From assembly GCA_944386295.1 (NCBI GenBank), contig CALXAO010000110.1:1-62863 (forward strand): a DNA stretch of 62,863 nt. Reading direction: 5' to 3'. Below, piece after piece: positions 18,536-33,673 of the stretch. How positions within the stretch are numbered: position 1 is the stretch's first letter; every line of letters begins with the position of its first letter. Source of the stretch: an uncultured Clostridia bacterium. GTDB taxonomy: Bacteria > Bacillota > Clostridia > Oscillospirales > UBA644. The translations under genes were made by a program, and so were the position numbers. A model generated the notes under the pieces. The model ran no database searches and was not told the DNA's origin. It worked only from the letters and a program-made list of their open reading frames with translations.

Positions 18536-21500
18536 CTATGCGTTAATTGTGGAAATTCCGATTGTTGTTTCTTCCAGGACATCCAAGAGAACTCTGACAG
18601 TATCGAGGGAAGTCAGCATTGTTATGTTGTTTTCAGATGCGCATCGGCGAATGGCAACACCGTCTTCATAATGTACCCCGGAAAAAATAGCCCTGGTGTT
18701 AATAACATAGCTGACATAGCCAGCACGGATTGATTCCAGGATCTCCTCACTGCCTTCGCTGAGTTTACGACGTACACGGGTGCGAATGCCGTGGGACTTT
18801 AGGAAATCCGCGGTGCCGACAGTGGCTTCGATGTTGAAGCCAAGATTGTAAAAACGTCTTACAAGGGGTAAGGCCTCTTCTTTGTCCTCGTCCGCAAGGG
18901 TGACAACCACTGTTCCGTAATTTTGCAGATGGATTCCCGATGCCGTCATGGCTTTATACATGGCGCGGTGTAGCTTCCGGTCATACCCGATTGCTTCCCC
19001 TGTGGATTTCATTTCGGGGGACAGATAGGTATCCATCCCATGCAACTTTGAGAAAGAGAATGTGGGAGCCTTTACATAGAAGCGTTCCTTTTCTTTGGGA
19101 TAGATCTCTGTTATTCCTTGTTCTTCAAGACTTTTTCCTAAAATCACTAATGTAGCAATATCTGCAAGATTATATCCGGTTGCCTTGGATAAAAACGGTA
19201 CGGTACGGGAGGATCTGGGATTGACTTCAATAATAAAAACATCTTCATTATCATCTACAATAAACTGAATATTAAAAAGTCCAATAATACCAATACCCTG
19301 TCCGAGACGGTTGGTGTAGTCAATAATTTTTTTCTTTACTTTTTCCGAAATGCTGAAGGACGGATATACGCTGATGGAATCGCCGGAATGAACGCCGGTG
19401 CGTTCCACAAGTTCCATAATACCGGGAATAAATACCCTTCGGCCGTCACAGACAGCGTCTACCTCAACTTCTTTTCCCCGAAGATATTGATCGACCAGTA
19501 CCGGCCGTTTTTCATCAATTTCAACGGCTGTTTTTAAGTAATGACGCAGTTGCTCCGGCTTTGCTACAATCTGCATTGCCCGGCCGCCAAGCACAAAGCT
19601 TGGGCGGACAAGTACCGGATAGCCAATTTCTTCGGCGGCCCGAAGTCCATCTTCAATATCGGTAACCGCTTTTCCTTTTGGTTGAGGTATGGAAAGTTCG
19701 GCCAGGAGCTTTTCAAAGGCGTCGCGGTTTTCTGCCCGGTTGATGGCATTTTTATCAGTGCCTATGATTGGAACTCCGCGTTCGGCTAAGGGTTCGGCAA
19801 GATTGATTGCGGTTTGTCCTCCAATGGTTGCAATCACGCCGTACGGCTGTTCCAGTTCAATAATATTCATGACGTCTTCGACACAGAGCGGTTCAAAATA
19901 CAGTTTGTCGGAGCAGGTATAGTCGGTCGAAACTGTTTCGGGATTGTTGTTGATAATAATAGCTTCAAAGCCTGATTTTTTTATGGTTTTTACTGCATGA
20001 ACCGTAGAGTAGTCAAATTCTACCCCCTGACCGATACGGATAGGGCCGGAGCCTAACACGATTACCTTTTTCTTTTCCGACACGACCGATTCGTTTTCGT
20101 CGGCATAGGTAGAGTAAAAATAAGGAATGTAGCTTTCAAACTCAGAAGCACAGGTATCAATCATTTTATAGACCGGCGTAATTCCTGCCTTTTTTCTTTC
20201 GTTGAAAATTGCAAGTTCGTTTGTTTTCCAAAGACGTGCGATTTCTTTGTCCGAAAAGCCCATTTTTTTTGCGGATTTCAGAGCATTCAAATTATGCGGG
20301 TTATCGATCAGGCACCGTTCCATATTTACAATGTTTTTTAGTTTCTCAATAAAGAACCGATCGATGGCTGTTGTCTTGGTTATTTTCTCAACAGAACCGC
20401 CTCTTCTTAACAGCTCAGCAATGGCATAAATCCGGTCATCTGTTCCAATTTTAATGGAATCCCACAGTTCGTTGAGGCTGCAGCTGTCAAATTTAGGGTG
20501 ATGCAGGTGATGCAAGCCGATTTCAAGGGAGCGTATCGCTTTGAGTAAGCTTTCTTCCGCAGTACGGCCGATACTCATAACTTCGCCGGTTGCTTTCATC
20601 TGTGTACTGAGCGTATGGTTGGCATCGGTAAATTTATCAAACGGGAAGCGGGGTATTTTTGTAACCACATAATCCAGTGTGGGCTCAAAGGACGCCGGCG
20701 TATTGGCAATTCTGATTTCGTCTAGCCGCATCCCCACTCCAATTTTTGCGGACACTCTTGCGATTGGGTAGCCGCTGGCTTTTGATGCTAGGGCGGAGGA
20801 ACGGGATACTCTTGGATTTACTTCGATCAAATAATATTGAAAGGATTTTGGGTCGAGTGCAAACTGTACATTGCAGCCGCCTTCTATTTTCAGTGCTCGA
20901 ATAATTTTTAACGCGCTGTTGCGCAACATCTGAGATTCTTTATTGGTAAGTGTTTGAGTCGGACATACCACAATGGAATCCCCGGTATGAATCCCAACAG
21001 GATCTAAATTTTCCATATTGCAAACGGCAATAGCGGTATCGTTTGCGTCACGGATAACCTCGTATTCAATCTCCTTGTAGCCCCGAATGCTCTTTTCGAT
21101 CAATACCTGCTGGACTGGGGAACGGGAAAGGGCGTTTTTCATCAAGGGCAGGAATTCCTCTTCGGTGTCTGCAAATCCGCCACCGGTTCCGCCGAGGGTA
21201 AAGGCAGGCCGAAGTACAACTGGAAAACCGATCCTTTGGGCAATCTTTAATCCATCTTCAATAGAAGTGGCCACATCCGAAGGCAAGATCGGCTCCCCAA
21301 GCTCCTCACACAATTCCTTAAACAGTTCCCGGTCTTCTGCTTGTTCAATACTGTGACTCGGTGTTCCAAGCAGTTCCACACGACACTCGGCGAGAACCCC
21401 TTTTTTCTCCAACTGCATCGCAAGGTTCAGACCGGTCTGTCCGCCGATTCCCGGCAAAATAGCGTCCGGACGTTCGTAGCGGACAATTTTTGAAATGTAT

Positions 21501-21715
21501 GCAAGGGTTAAAGGCTCCATGTATATTTTGTCTGCGATGCTGGTGTCGGTCATAATGGTGGCCGGATTGGAGTTGCACAGTATGACCTCGTATCCTTCTT
21601 CCTTTAAAGCAAGACACGCCTGGGTTCCGGCATAATCAAATTCTGCCGCCTGTCCAATGACAATCGGACCGGAACCGATAACCAGTATTTTTTTTATATC
21701 GGTTCTTTTAGGCAT
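18536..21715 (-). CDS. carB: Carbamoyl-phosphate synthase large subunit
   Basis: 1059 aa with a duplicated ATP-grasp architecture; [30 protein letters not shown]. Confidence 0.95.
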   Translation of the reverse strand: MPKRTDIKKILVIGSGPIVIGQAAEFDYAGTQACLALKEEGYEVILCNSNPATIMTDTSIADKIYMEPLTLAYISKIVRYERPDAILPGIGGQTGLNLAMQLEKKGVLAECRVELLGTPSHSIEQAEDRELFKELCEELGEPILPSDVATSIEDGLKIAQRIGFPVVLRPAFTLGGTGGGFADTEEEFLPLMKNALSRSPVQQVLIEKSIRGYKEIEYEVIRDANDTAIAVCNMENLDPVGIHTGDSIVVCPTQTLTNKESQMLRNSALKIIRALKIEGGCNVQFALDPKSFQYYLIEVNPRVSRSSALASKASGYPIARVSAKIGVGMRLDEIRIANTPASFEPTLDYVVTKIPRFPFDKFTDANHTLSTQMKATGEVMSIGRTAEESLLKAIRSLEIGLHHLHHPKFDSCSLNELWDSIKIGTDDRIYAIAELLRRGGSVEKITKTTAIDRFFIEKLKNIVNMERCLIDNPHNLNALKSAKKMGFSDKEIARLWKTNELAIFNERKKAGITPVYKMIDTCASEFESYIPYFYSTYADENESVVSEKKKVIVLGSGPIRIGQGVEFDYSTVHAVKTIKKSGFEAIIINNNPETVSTDYTCSDKLYFEPLCVEDVMNIIELEQPYGVIATIGGQTAINLAEPLAERGVPIIGTDKNAINRAENRDAFEKLLAELSIPQPKGKAVTDIEDGLRAAEEIGYPVLVRPSFVLGGRAMQIVAKPEQLRHYLKTAVEIDEKRPVLVDQYLRGKEVEVDAVCDGRRVFIPGIMELVERTGVHSGDSISVYPSFSISEKVKKKIIDYTNRLGQGIGIIGLFNIQFIVDDNEDVFIIEVNPRSSRTVPFLSKATGYNLADIATLVILGKSLEEQGITEIYPKEKERFYVKAPTFSFSKLHGMDTYLSPEMKSTGEAIGYDRKLHRAMYKAMTASGIHLQNYGTVVVTLADEDKEEALPLVRRFYNLGFNIEATVGTADFLKSHGIRTRVRRKLSEGSEEILESIRAGYVSYVINTRAIFSGVHYEDGVAIRRCASENNITMLTSLDTVRVLLDVLEETTIGISTINA

Positions 21716-22805
21716 TTTTCTTTTCCTCCTGCATTTGTTTTAAAAAGCGGTCAAATAGGTAAGTGCTGTCTTCCGGACCGGGGGCGCTTTCGGGGTGATA
21801 CTGTACGGAAAACACCCTGTCTTTTTCACAGCAAACACCTTCAACGGTGCGATCCAACAGATTGATATGCGTTACTGTCAGAGAGGTATGGGCGAGGCTT
21901 TCGCGGTCCACTGCATAGGAGTGATTCTGGGAAGTAATTTCAATTTTTCCGGTTTGCAGATCCTGTACGGGATGATTGCCGCCGCGGTGGCCGAATTTCA
22001 GTTTGTAGCAACTTGCACCGTAGGCAAGACAAATAAGCTGATGTCCGAGACAAATCCCGAATATGGGATATTCACCGCGTAATTTTTGAATGGTCGCTAT
22101 GACCTCCGGGACATCATTGGGGTTTCCCGGGCCGTTGGAAATAAGCACGCCATCCGGCTTTAGGGTTCGGATTGCCTCAGCTGTCGTATGATACGGAACA
22201 GCCGTAACCGTACAGTTTCTCTTTTGCAGGGAGCGAACAATGTTCTGTTTCATGCCGCAATCAATTGCTACAACATGAAATTCGGAAACTTCGGGAATGG
22301 TTGTCTCAATTTTTTTGCGGCTGACCTGTGATACTGCGTTGGACGGGACCGAGGTTTCCGCTAAAATTTGAAGCCCTTTTTCTTTGCTTGTTGCTGCATC
22401 TGTGATAAGCACCTTTCTGCTGCCGAACTTTCGGATATTCCTTGTGAGCTTTCTGGTATCGATTCCGTAAACGCCTGGGATATGGTACTTTTTCATAATA
22501 TTACTTAGCGTTGCTATGCTTCTGAAATTAGAGGGGCGGTCGTTGTATTCGCCGACAATAAAAGCCCCGAGAGAGGGGTTTGCTGTTTCATAGTCCTCCT
22601 CCGCTATGCCGTAGTTTCCAATCAGCGGATAGGTCATGACGACTGCCTGATAGGTATAGGACGGGTCTGACAGTATTTCCTGATAGCCAACCATGGATGT
22701 GTTAAAAACAATTTCGCAAACCCGCTCTGCCGGTTCCCCGAAAGAGTATCCAAAATATTCGTTTCCGTCTTCAAAAATAAGTTTGCGGTTAAATTCGTTC
22801 AGCAT
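21708..22805 (-). CDS. carA: Carbamoyl-phosphate synthase small (glutaminase) subunit
   Basis: GICLGHQL triad motif; 365 aa; overlaps the carB start. Confidence 0.95.
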   Translation of the reverse strand: MLNEFNRKLIFEDGNEYFGYSFGEPAERVCEIVFNTSMVGYQEILSDPSYTYQAVVMTYPLIGNYGIAEEDYETANPSLGAFIVGEYNDRPSNFRSIATLSNIMKKYHIPGVYGIDTRKLTRNIRKFGSRKVLITDAATSKEKGLQILAETSVPSNAVSQVSRKKIETTIPEVSEFHVVAIDCGMKQNIVRSLQKRNCTVTAVPYHTTAEAIRTLKPDGVLISNGPGNPNDVPEVIATIQKLRGEYPIFGICLGHQLICLAYGASCYKLKFGHRGGNHPVQDLQTGKIEITSQNHSYAVDRESLAHTSLTVTHINLLDRTVEGVCCEKDRVFSVQYHPESAPGPEDSTYLFDRFLKQMQEEKKNA

Positions 22806-22810
22806 ATTGT

Positions 22811-25908
<3,098 letters not shown>

Positions 25909-26116
25909 TTAGATATTATTCTCTGTCGTGTTCGTAGTTCTTTTGATTATTTGATATATCCATATTATCCTGCCTATATGAGCTAATGTTATCATTTTGT
26001 TATCGCCATTGATAACACTCGCTCTGTAACTGCGGATAATACCTATATGTTTCGCGTTAGATTATAAGCGATTTTGCTTAGAAAATCAAGATGTTAAAAT
26101 CGCTTTCCCCAAACGC

Positions 26117-26593
26117 CTATAACGAAAACAAGGCATTTTCATAATCTTTCACATAGTATCTGATATTCTTTCTGCCTTTTTGAATAATCGTATGTCCTTC
26201 CTCTTCCAACTTTTCTTTCTGTGCTTCAATACCGCCAGGATATTTTGCATTTAATTCCCCATTCGCCTTTAATGTTCGCCAATAAGGTGTTTCATCTTCA
26301 GAACGCTGATAACTCGCCCACGCAACAATCGAAACAAATATTCCTGCTGTAATCGGATCTGTAAAATCAGCTCCTTCTTCATTTGCAAAATATTCTCTTA
26401 TCGCACCAACAGTAAGTAGTTTTCCGTATGGTACAAGCCGCATAATCTTATCGTAATCAATCGGCGGTGCAAAATACATTTTGTCTCCGCCATACTTCTC
26501 TATGCTTTTTTCATCCGTAATCGTCTGAAATTTCGGCATATCCTTACTATCATGCAGCATTGCATTAAAATCTTTTTTATTTTCATTTGCCAT
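26117..26593 (-). CDS. MGMT-family (alkyltransferase DNA-binding-domain-like) protein
   Basis: The PYWRTLKANGELN segment resembles the PxxRV..xxG helix region of the MGMT DNA-binding domain, with no PCHR catalytic Cys. ATG at 26593 follows AGGAGGTG. Assigned by recall only. Confidence 0.55.
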   Translation of the reverse strand: MANENKKDFNAMLHDSKDMPKFQTITDEKSIEKYGGDKMYFAPPIDYDKIMRLVPYGKLLTVGAIREYFANEEGADFTDPITAGIFVSIVAWASYQRSEDETPYWRTLKANGELNAKYPGGIEAQKEKLEEEGHTIIQKGRKNIRYYVKDYENALFSL

Positions 26594-26715
26594 TGTCAGC
26601 ACCTCCTGTACACAAGTATAAGTCAAAGGAAAAACCTATGCAATGAGACGGTTTCAAAATTTATATGAAATTTCAACTCTACACTTTGCTATCTAAAAGT
26701 GAAATTTTCATATCT

Positions 26716-26856
26716 TTAGCTATTGATAAGTGTTTCCTGCTTGCATTTCGGACAGTATAAAGGAAAATTTATCAATTCGGTATTTTTTCGTATCATTATC
26801 CGAGTTTTGTTGCCACAGATAGGGCAGCGTACCCATTCAGAATTTGTTTTTTCCAT
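26716..26856 (-). CDS. Cysteine-rich KTR-domain small protein (46 aa)
   Basis: Translation is MEKTNSEWVRCPICGNKTRIMIRKNTELINFPLYCPKCKQETLINS, with two CxxC pairs and a KTR motif. It starts 1 nt after the guaA stop. Confidence 0.6.
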   Translation of the reverse strand: MEKTNSEWVRCPICGNKTRIMIRKNTELINFPLYCPKCKQETLINS

Positions 26857-26857
26857 T

Positions 26858-28396
26858 TTATTCGAACTCAATAGTTGCCGGTGGTTTGGATGTGACATCA
26901 TAGACCACCCGTGTGACTTGTTCAATTTCATTGATGATCCGTGAACTGGTTCGTTCTATCACTTCATAAGGAAGCTTTGTCCATTCGGCGGTCATGAAAT
27001 CATCGGTTGTAACGGCCCGGAGTGCTACGGTATAGCCATAGGCTCGGGCATCTCCCTTAACGCCTACACTGTGTAGGTCGGTTAAAACTGCAAAATACTG
27101 ATTGGGAGCAACTGTTGCCTGTTCCATTTCCTTGCAAAAAATGGCATCGGCGTCCCGAAGCAGTTCAAGTTTTTCTTTTGTGATTTCTCCAATTATTCTT
27201 ACCGCCAGTCCCGGACCCGGAAAAGGTTGGCGGTATATAATCTCCTTTGGTAGACCAAGCTTATTGCCAACTTCTCGGACCTCATCTTTGAACAGTTCTG
27301 CAAGAGGTTCAACAATACGGTCAAACGCAATTACATCTGGAAGGCCTCCGACATTATGATGGCTTTTAATCGTGGCGGAACTGCCATTGCCGCTTTCCAC
27401 TACATCCGGATAAATCGTGCCTTGTGCAAGTACATGTATTTTCCCAAGTTTTTTTGCTTCTTCTTCAAACACCCGGATGAATTCTTCCCCTATTATTTTT
27501 CGTTTCTGCTCCGGCTCTGTAATCCCTGAAAGTTTTCTGAGAAACCGCGTTTCGGCATTTACACGAATTATATTCATGCCAAACCTGTTCCTGAAGGTGT
27601 TTTCAACATAGTCACCTTCATTTTTACGGAGCAATCCGTGGTCTACAAAGACGCAAGTTAAATCATTGCCAATTGCCCGATACAGCAATGCTGCCGCTAC
27701 CGAGGAGTCCACTCCGCCTGAAAGGGCAAGCAGAACTTTTTTGCCTGCAAGTTCTGTTCTATATTTTTGAACGGACTGTTCAATAAAATCATTGATCTTC
27801 CAATTCCCGCTGCATTTGCAGATTTCAAAAAGAAAGTTACCAAGCATCTCGCTGCCGTATTCTGTATGGGAAACTTCAGGATGAAACTGTAGGCCGTAAA
27901 GATTTCGCGTTTTATCAAACATTGCGGCACAGGGACACGCGTCGGTTGTTGCAATTACAGAAAACCCTGCTGGAAGATCTTTTATATAATCGGTGTGACT
28001 CATCCAGCAAATACTGTTTTTCGGGATGTCTTTAAACAAGGGATTTTCGGATACCGAAACAGACGTTCTTCCATATTCTCCGGAACTGCCCGCGCTGCAA
28101 ATTGTTCCGCCTGCGACATCTGCTATAAGCTGTGCTCCATAGCAGATGCCCAAGATCGGTATTCCCAGTTCCAGGATCTTTGCGTTACAATGGGGAGATT
28201 CCGTATCATATACGCTGTTGGGCCCTCCTGTAAAAATAATTCCTTTATATCCGTTTTCTTTTATTTCTTCGGGGGTAATTTTGTTGTACGGCTTTATTTC
28301 CGCATAAACATGCTGTTCCCGTACGCGTCTTGCAATGAGTTGATTGTATTGACCACCAAAGTCTAAAACAAGAATTTTTTCCTGCATTTTTTTCAC
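26858..28396 (-). CDS. guaA: GMP synthase (glutamine-hydrolysing)
   Basis: GATase [11 protein letters not shown]-PPase SGGVDSSV, C-terminal PPATIEFE. Confidence 0.95.
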   Translation of the reverse strand: MKKMQEKILVLDFGGQYNQLIARRVREQHVYAEIKPYNKITPEEIKENGYKGIIFTGGPNSVYDTESPHCNAKILELGIPILGICYGAQLIADVAGGTICSAGSSGEYGRTSVSVSENPLFKDIPKNSICWMSHTDYIKDLPAGFSVIATTDACPCAAMFDKTRNLYGLQFHPEVSHTEYGSEMLGNFLFEICKCSGNWKINDFIEQSVQKYRTELAGKKVLLALSGGVDSSVAAALLYRAIGNDLTCVFVDHGLLRKNEGDYVENTFRNRFGMNIIRVNAETRFLRKLSGITEPEQKRKIIGEEFIRVFEEEAKKLGKIHVLAQGTIYPDVVESGNGSSATIKSHHNVGGLPDVIAFDRIVEPLAELFKDEVREVGNKLGLPKEIIYRQPFPGPGLAVRIIGEITKEKLELLRDADAIFCKEMEQATVAPNQYFAVLTDLHSVGVKGDARAYGYTVALRAVTTDDFMTAEWTKLPYEVIERTSSRIINEIEQVTRVVYDVTSKPPATIEFE

Positions 28397-28562
28397 CTGT
28401 CTTTATACAGTGTAATTGCTATTATTTTTTTGATATTGTAGATAAGCGATGTTATTTTTCCATGAAAAATAGACAGTGCAAATTCTTTAAAGAGCTTTTC
28501 CGCCTGAAAACAAGTTAATTACGGAATTATCCTGCAATCTTCGATAAAGAGCTTCTAAATTG

Positions 28563-30143
28563 TTACGTTCCGCTGTTGCCATAGTTGGATAAAACGCGAG
28601 CGGAAGGATCGTCTACATTGCAGCCATCCCATTCCCGGTTCGGCATCCAGAAGTCTGCGATCATTTGTCCCTGTCCGGGATAGTATTTTTCAAACAACTC
28701 GCGGTATAAAAGGGATTCTTTGGTAAAGGGCTTTGCGTGGGTGTATTTTTCACGGAGTATCTGAAACTCAGTGTCGGTATAACAACATTCGGCGTATTCC
28801 TTAAGATAATCTACCATGGAGTGACCTACCGCATCGGAAAAGGCGGCTTTTTCCCGCCACAAAATTTCATCCGGCAGGTAATCTCCGTCCTCGAATGCAT
28901 GTCGAAGCAAATATTTTCCCTTACCGTATTTGTTAAGTTTCATTGCCGGAGTAACTGCCAGAACATATCTGACAAAATCCAAATCGCCGAAAGGTACTCT
29001 TGCTTCCAGAGAATTTACAGATATGCAGCGATCTGCGCGAAGCACATCGTACATGTGAAGTTCTCTGACGCGTTTCTGCGATTCTTCCTGAAAGGCTTCT
29101 GCATTTGGAGCAAAGTCTGTATATTTATAACCGAACAGTTCATCGGAGACTTCCCCGGTCAGCAGTACACGGATATCCGTGGTTTTATGAATTTCCTCGC
29201 AGATTAAGTACATCCCTATACTGGCGCGAATTGTCGTGATGTCAAAGGTTCCAAGAATGGAAACAACCTGTTCCAATGAGGAAAGAACCCTGTCCTTGGT
29301 AATAATGATTTCTCTGTGATCACTTCCAATATATTCTGCGACCTGTTTTGCGTATTTCAGATCAATAGCATCTTCCTGCATGCCAATGGCAAAGGTTTTA
29401 ATCGGTTCCGTAGCTTTCTTTGCTGCAATGGCACAGACAAGAGAAGAATCAAGGCCGCCAGAAAGCAGAAAGCCCACGTTTGCATCCGCTATCAGTCTTT
29501 TTTCCACACCGCGGACCAGTTTTTCTTTTATATTGCGGCAAACGGTATTCAAATCGTCATAAACCGGTTCTTTTACAACGGTAATGTCACAGTAACAGAA
29601 GAAGGTTCCATTTTTGTAGTAATATCCGGGCGGGAAGGGCGTGATTTCTCCAGCAATTCCTACAAGGTTTTTGGCCTCACTTGCAAAAAGAATGGTTCCT
29701 ACATCGTCGTAACCGTAATACAACGGACGAATTCCAATAGGATCTCTGGCCGCAATGTATTCTTCCGTTTCCCCATCATATAGAATCAATGCATATTCCG
29801 CGTCTAACATTCCAAACATCTCTACACCGTATTCGTTATAGAGAGGGAGCAGAATTTCGCAATCGGAATTGCTTACAAAAGTGTATTTTTCAGACAACTT
29901 CTGTTTGATTTTTTCAAATCCATAAATTTCACCGTTACAAACCACATAATTTTTGCCAAGACAAAATGGCTGCATTCCTTCCAGATGTAGCCCCATAATG
30001 GCAAGACGGTGAAAGCCAAGAAGTCCCTTGCCCGTATCAATGATTCTGCTGTCATCGGGCCCCCGTGAGACGGTTTTTTCAAAGCCCGTTTGAAATTTTT
30101 GTTTTGTTGCAGATGTACCGCAATAACCCATAATAGAACACAT
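28563..30143 (-). CDS. asnB: Asparagine synthase (glutamine-hydrolysing)
   Basis: MCSIMGYCG Ntn-Cys start (ATG at 30143-30141 after GGAGGA) and SGGLDSS pyrophosphatase loop. Confidence 0.9.
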   Translation of the reverse strand: MCSIMGYCGTSATKQKFQTGFEKTVSRGPDDSRIIDTGKGLLGFHRLAIMGLHLEGMQPFCLGKNYVVCNGEIYGFEKIKQKLSEKYTFVSNSDCEILLPLYNEYGVEMFGMLDAEYALILYDGETEEYIAARDPIGIRPLYYGYDDVGTILFASEAKNLVGIAGEITPFPPGYYYKNGTFFCYCDITVVKEPVYDDLNTVCRNIKEKLVRGVEKRLIADANVGFLLSGGLDSSLVCAIAAKKATEPIKTFAIGMQEDAIDLKYAKQVAEYIGSDHREIIITKDRVLSSLEQVVSILGTFDITTIRASIGMYLICEEIHKTTDIRVLLTGEVSDELFGYKYTDFAPNAEAFQEESQKRVRELHMYDVLRADRCISVNSLEARVPFGDLDFVRYVLAVTPAMKLNKYGKGKYLLRHAFEDGDYLPDEILWREKAAFSDAVGHSMVDYLKEYAECCYTDTEFQILREKYTHAKPFTKESLLYRELFEKYYPGQGQMIADFWMPNREWDGCNVDDPSARVLSNYGNSGT

Positions 30144-30159
30144 GTGTATATCCTCCAAA

Positions 30160-30392
30160 ATTCAATGTCCAGCATTCCAATAGGGCGAGTGCTGTTCCCG
30201 CGGTACCACCTATATTTTTTCTCAGTAAGCTTCTGACAAAGCTTTGTCTATTCACGCAAGACGCTACGGCGCACCTACTCAATTATTTTTTCAGATTGCA
30301 GCTCGACAGGTGTTTTTCACACAGGATCTACCATGCGGCTCTCACCCTCCCGCACTCGCTGTAAGCGATTTTCTGTGTTACTTTTCCTGGCT
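30160..30392 (-). promoter_or_regulatory. T-box leader, Asn specifier (AAC), upstream of asnB
   Basis: The minus strand carries Stem I with AGCGAGUGCGGGAGGGUGAGAGCC. The specifier loop is GAAAAACA, flanked by the ACACAG/CUGUGU and CAGG/CCUG helices. The T-box sequence is AAUAUAGGUGGUACCGCGGG (plus 30197-30216). The antiterminator is AUAGG[UGGUACC]GCGGG...CUCGCCCUAU. Confidence 0.75.
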
Positions 30393-30419
30393 CAAACGCT
30401 TTTGTTTATTGAATTTGGT

Positions 30420-30762
30420 TTATTCTTCGTCCTGCAACGCATTGTAGACCTCTTCTCCGGTACGGACCTTAACAACATTTTCAACATCGTAAACAAATAT
30501 CTTTCCGTCTCCAATATTACCGGTGTAAAGAACTTTTTTAGCGGTTTCGATCACAATTTGTACAGGAACTTTGCTGACAACGATAGCTGCTTGCACTTTG
30601 GGAAAGCAAGGTTGCTTCAATTTCAACTCCCCGGTAGAATTCAGACTTTCCTTTTTGCTGTCTGCATCCAAGGATATGGGATGCCGTCATGCCGGGAATA
30701 CCAAGCGCCGTCATTGCGTTTTTTAGGGTTTCAAAACGGTTTTCTTTACAGATGATTTCCAA
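30420..30762 (-). pseudogene. glnK: P-II nitrogen regulatory protein, frameshifted and lacking its own start
   Basis: Frame 1 gives LEIICKENRFETLKNAMTALGIPGMT...GKSEFYRGVEIEATLL. Frame 2 gives PKVQAAIVV...GDGKIFVYDVENVVKVRTGEE. The frame break is near 30600-30606. Confidence 0.8.
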
Positions 30763-31468
30763 TTTTGTGGTGCTGTTAAAGCCGTACTAGCCAAACCATA
30801 AAATAAAGCATCCAAGCGCACTCAGTGTAATGGAATGTTCGGGAATGGTGATTACTTTGGTAATTTTACCTGCTTTATCTTTTGCATATTTCCCAAGCCG
30901 GGGCGATCATGATTGCGCCGATGAGGGCTGCCATATCGCCGACCGAGTGAATGGCCGCCGAGCCGGCAAAATCATGAAAACCGAGCTGTGCAAGCCATCC
31001 TTGGGAATTCCAGATCCAGCCCCCTTCAACGGGATAGACAAAGAACGAAATAATGCCCAAATAAATGCAGTAGGAAACAAATTTTGTTTTTTCCGCTATT
31101 GAACCGGAAACAATGGTTACGACTGTTGCGCAGAAGACAAGATTAAAGACGAAGCTGGCAGCATTTTCTTTGATAAAATCGCCAAAATTAGTAAAGATAT
31201 CCTGGTTGGGAATTCCAAACCGAAAATGTAATTCTCGGCCATCATGATACATAATCCAATAAAGCAAAAACAATTGTTTCAATGCGAAAATCCATCAGAT
31301 TTTTCATAATAGTATTGCCGGCGTTTTTGCTTTGGTAAATCCGGTTTCCGCCATGGTAAAGCCTGTCTGCATGAAGAATACAATGGCTGCGCCAATCAGA
31401 AACCAGATGCCGAAGACTTCAGATATTACCGTTTCTTCTACAAATTCGGTGATTTCATTTACTGCCAT
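30763..31468 (-). pseudogene. amt: Ammonium transporter remnant (multiple frameshifts, nonsense codon, C-terminal half deleted)
   Basis: Pieces recovered are MAVNEITEF...FMQTGFTMAETGF, NAGNTIMKNLMDF, VFCATVVTIVSGSIAEKTKF...DFAGSAAIHSVG and LGKYAKDK...SALGCFILWFG-TAG-YGFN. The last piece runs straight into the P-II coding sequence. Confidence 0.8.
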
Positions 31469-31501
31469 ATAAATCATTTCTTTAAAACCGTTTTTTGAAT
31501 T

Positions 31502-33598
31502 TTATCTGACGCCGAATAACAGATCTCCATAAGTCGGGAAAGGCCAGTACTTTTTCGCTGTTAACGTTTCCGCTTCGTCACAGGCGATACGCAATTCATC
31601 CATCTTTACAAGAAGAATATCACGGATTGCTGCAGATTCGGCAACAACATTATCATTTTGACAGACTGCAACAATCGCGTTTTCCAATTCGTCGACGGCA
31701 ATGGAAATGCGTTCTATGAGAACAGAAAGCTTTTTAAGCAAGGTGCTTTCGTATGCACAGGAGATATCGTCCGCGACCGACTTCTTTAATACAGCTGTCT
31801 TTGCAATTTCTTTTAAATACGCTTCAACCGCAGGCGCAATTTCACATCTTGCCATTTCCACCATGGTGTTTGCCTCGATAACAACTGTTTTACAATAATT
31901 TTCAAGTGTGATTTCACAGCGGGATTTCAATTCCGCTTCGGTAAATACCTTATGGAATGTCAGCATATCTACATTCTTTTGGTCAAGAAGGTGCGGGAGA
32001 CAGTCGGCTGTTGTTCTGTAATTCAGCAGACCTCTTTTTTCGGTTGCTTCTGTAATCCACGAATTATCATAGCCGTTACCGTTGAAAATGATTTTTTTAT
32101 GATCCTTAATGGTTTTACGAATCATTTCATGCAACGCTGTTTCAAAATTTTCTGCCGTTTCTAGCCGGTCGGCGTAAATTTTAAGGGACTCCGCAACTGC
32201 GGCATTCAGCATAATGTTTGCGCAGGCGATGCTGTTCGAAGAACCGAGCATGCGAAATTCAAATTTATTGCCGGTAAAGGCAAAGGGAGACGTGCGGTTG
32301 CGGTCGGTTGTATCCTTTGCAAAGGAAGGCAGAACGTGAACGCCCAGTTTCATAAGTTGCTTCCCTGCAGCGTTGTAAGGCGTATCGGTTTCAATCGCTT
32401 CAAGAATTGCATTCAGCTCATCACCAAGGAACATGGAAACAACAGCCGGAGGTGCTTCGTTTGCGCCCAAGCGGTGGTCATTGCCTGCTGTTGCGACGGA
32501 AATACGGAGCAGGTCCTGGTAATCATCTACTGCTTTAATAACTGCACAAAGGAACAAAAGAAACTGCGCGTTTTCGTACGGTGTTTTTCCGGGAGAGAGG
32601 AGATTTATACCGGTATCGGTTGTTATTGACCAGTTGTTGTGCTTACCGCTACCATTTACGCCGGCAAAAGGCTTTTCGTGGAGCAGACAGACAAGGCCAT
32701 GCCGGGCTGCTACTTTCTGCATAATTTCCATCGTAAGCTGGTTGTGGTCCGTTGCAATGTTTGTGGTGGAATAGATCGGAGCCAACTCATGCTGGGCGGG
32801 TGCGACTTCATTATGCTCGGTTTTGGCAAGAATTCCAAGTTTCCACAGTTCTTCGTTGAGTTCCTCCATATATGCGGCGACCCGTGGCTTAATCACACCA
32901 AAATAGTGATCAGCCATCTCTTGTCCTTTGGGCGGCTTTGCTCCAAACAGCGTTCTGCCGGTAAAGACCAAGTCCGTTCGTTTGTTATACATGTCTCTGT
33001 CTACGAGAAAATATTCCTGTTCTGGGCCGACAGATGTTTTGACGCATTTGACGGTGTTGTCGCCAAACAGACGGATAATACGCATGGCCTGTTTATTGAG
33101 GGCTTCCATGGAGCGGAGCAAGGGTGTCTTTTTATCAAGCGCTTCGCCGCCATAGGAACAAAATGCGGTGGGAATACATAGGGTTTTTCCCTTAATAAAA
33201 GCATAGGAGGTCGGATCCCATGCGGTATAGCCTCTCGCTTCAAATGTTGCCCGCAGTCCGCCTGAGGGGAAAGAAGAAGCATCCGGTTCTCCTTTAATCA
33301 GCTCCTTGCCGGAAAACTCCATAATTACACCTCCGTCGGGGGAGGGAGAAATAAAGCTGTCATGTTTTTCCGCTGTAATACCTGTAAGAGGCTGAAACCA
33401 GTGCGTATAGTGTGTAGCTCCGTTTTTAATGGCCCAATCTTTCATGGCGCTTGCCGTAGCGTTTGCCACGCCGATATCCAGCTGCGCACCTTCGTCAATG
33501 GTTTTTCTGAGCGACTGATAGACCTCTGCCGTTAAAGTCGCTTTCATCACTCTGTCGTCAAAGACCAGGCTTCCAAAATATTCAGATACGGGTCTCAT
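31502..33598 (-). CDS. glnN: Type III glutamine synthetase
   Basis: 698 aa; the N-terminus [18 protein letters not shown] and overall length are typical of GSIII. Confidence 0.9.
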   Translation of the reverse strand: MRPVSEYFGSLVFDDRVMKATLTAEVYQSLRKTIDEGAQLDIGVANATASAMKDWAIKNGATHYTHWFQPLTGITAEKHDSFISPSPDGGVIMEFSGKELIKGEPDASSFPSGGLRATFEARGYTAWDPTSYAFIKGKTLCIPTAFCSYGGEALDKKTPLLRSMEALNKQAMRIIRLFGDNTVKCVKTSVGPEQEYFLVDRDMYNKRTDLVFTGRTLFGAKPPKGQEMADHYFGVIKPRVAAYMEELNEELWKLGILAKTEHNEVAPAQHELAPIYSTTNIATDHNQLTMEIMQKVAARHGLVCLLHEKPFAGVNGSGKHNNWSITTDTGINLLSPGKTPYENAQFLLFLCAVIKAVDDYQDLLRISVATAGNDHRLGANEAPPAVVSMFLGDELNAILEAIETDTPYNAAGKQLMKLGVHVLPSFAKDTTDRNRTSPFAFTGNKFEFRMLGSSNSIACANIMLNAAVAESLKIYADRLETAENFETALHEMIRKTIKDHKKIIFNGNGYDNSWITEATEKRGLLNYRTTADCLPHLLDQKNVDMLTFHKVFTEAELKSRCEITLENYCKTVVIEANTMVEMARCEIAPAVEAYLKEIAKTAVLKKSVADDISCAYESTLLKKLSVLIERISIAVDELENAIVAVCQNDNVVAESAAIRDILLVKMDELRIACDEAETLTAKKYWPFPTYGDLLFGVR

Positions 33599-33624
33599 AA
33601 TAAAATCCTCCTTTTAAAAAAATT

Positions 33625-33673
33625 AAGGCAAAGACACTTCGAACGTTGTACATACGAAAGACGTCTTTGCCTT
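33625..33673 (-). terminator. Intrinsic terminator between gdhA and glnN (possibly conditional)
   Basis: On the minus strand, AAGGCAAAGAC...27 nt...GUCUUUGCCUU is followed by AAUUUUUUU, then the glnN RBS AAAAGGAGG. Confidence 0.65.

Noticed and set aside
28397-28562. Expected purine/guanine riboswitch upstream of guaA
   Set aside because: I read both strands of the 166-nt spacer and found none of the conserved purine-riboswitch loop or junction sequences. I make no call.
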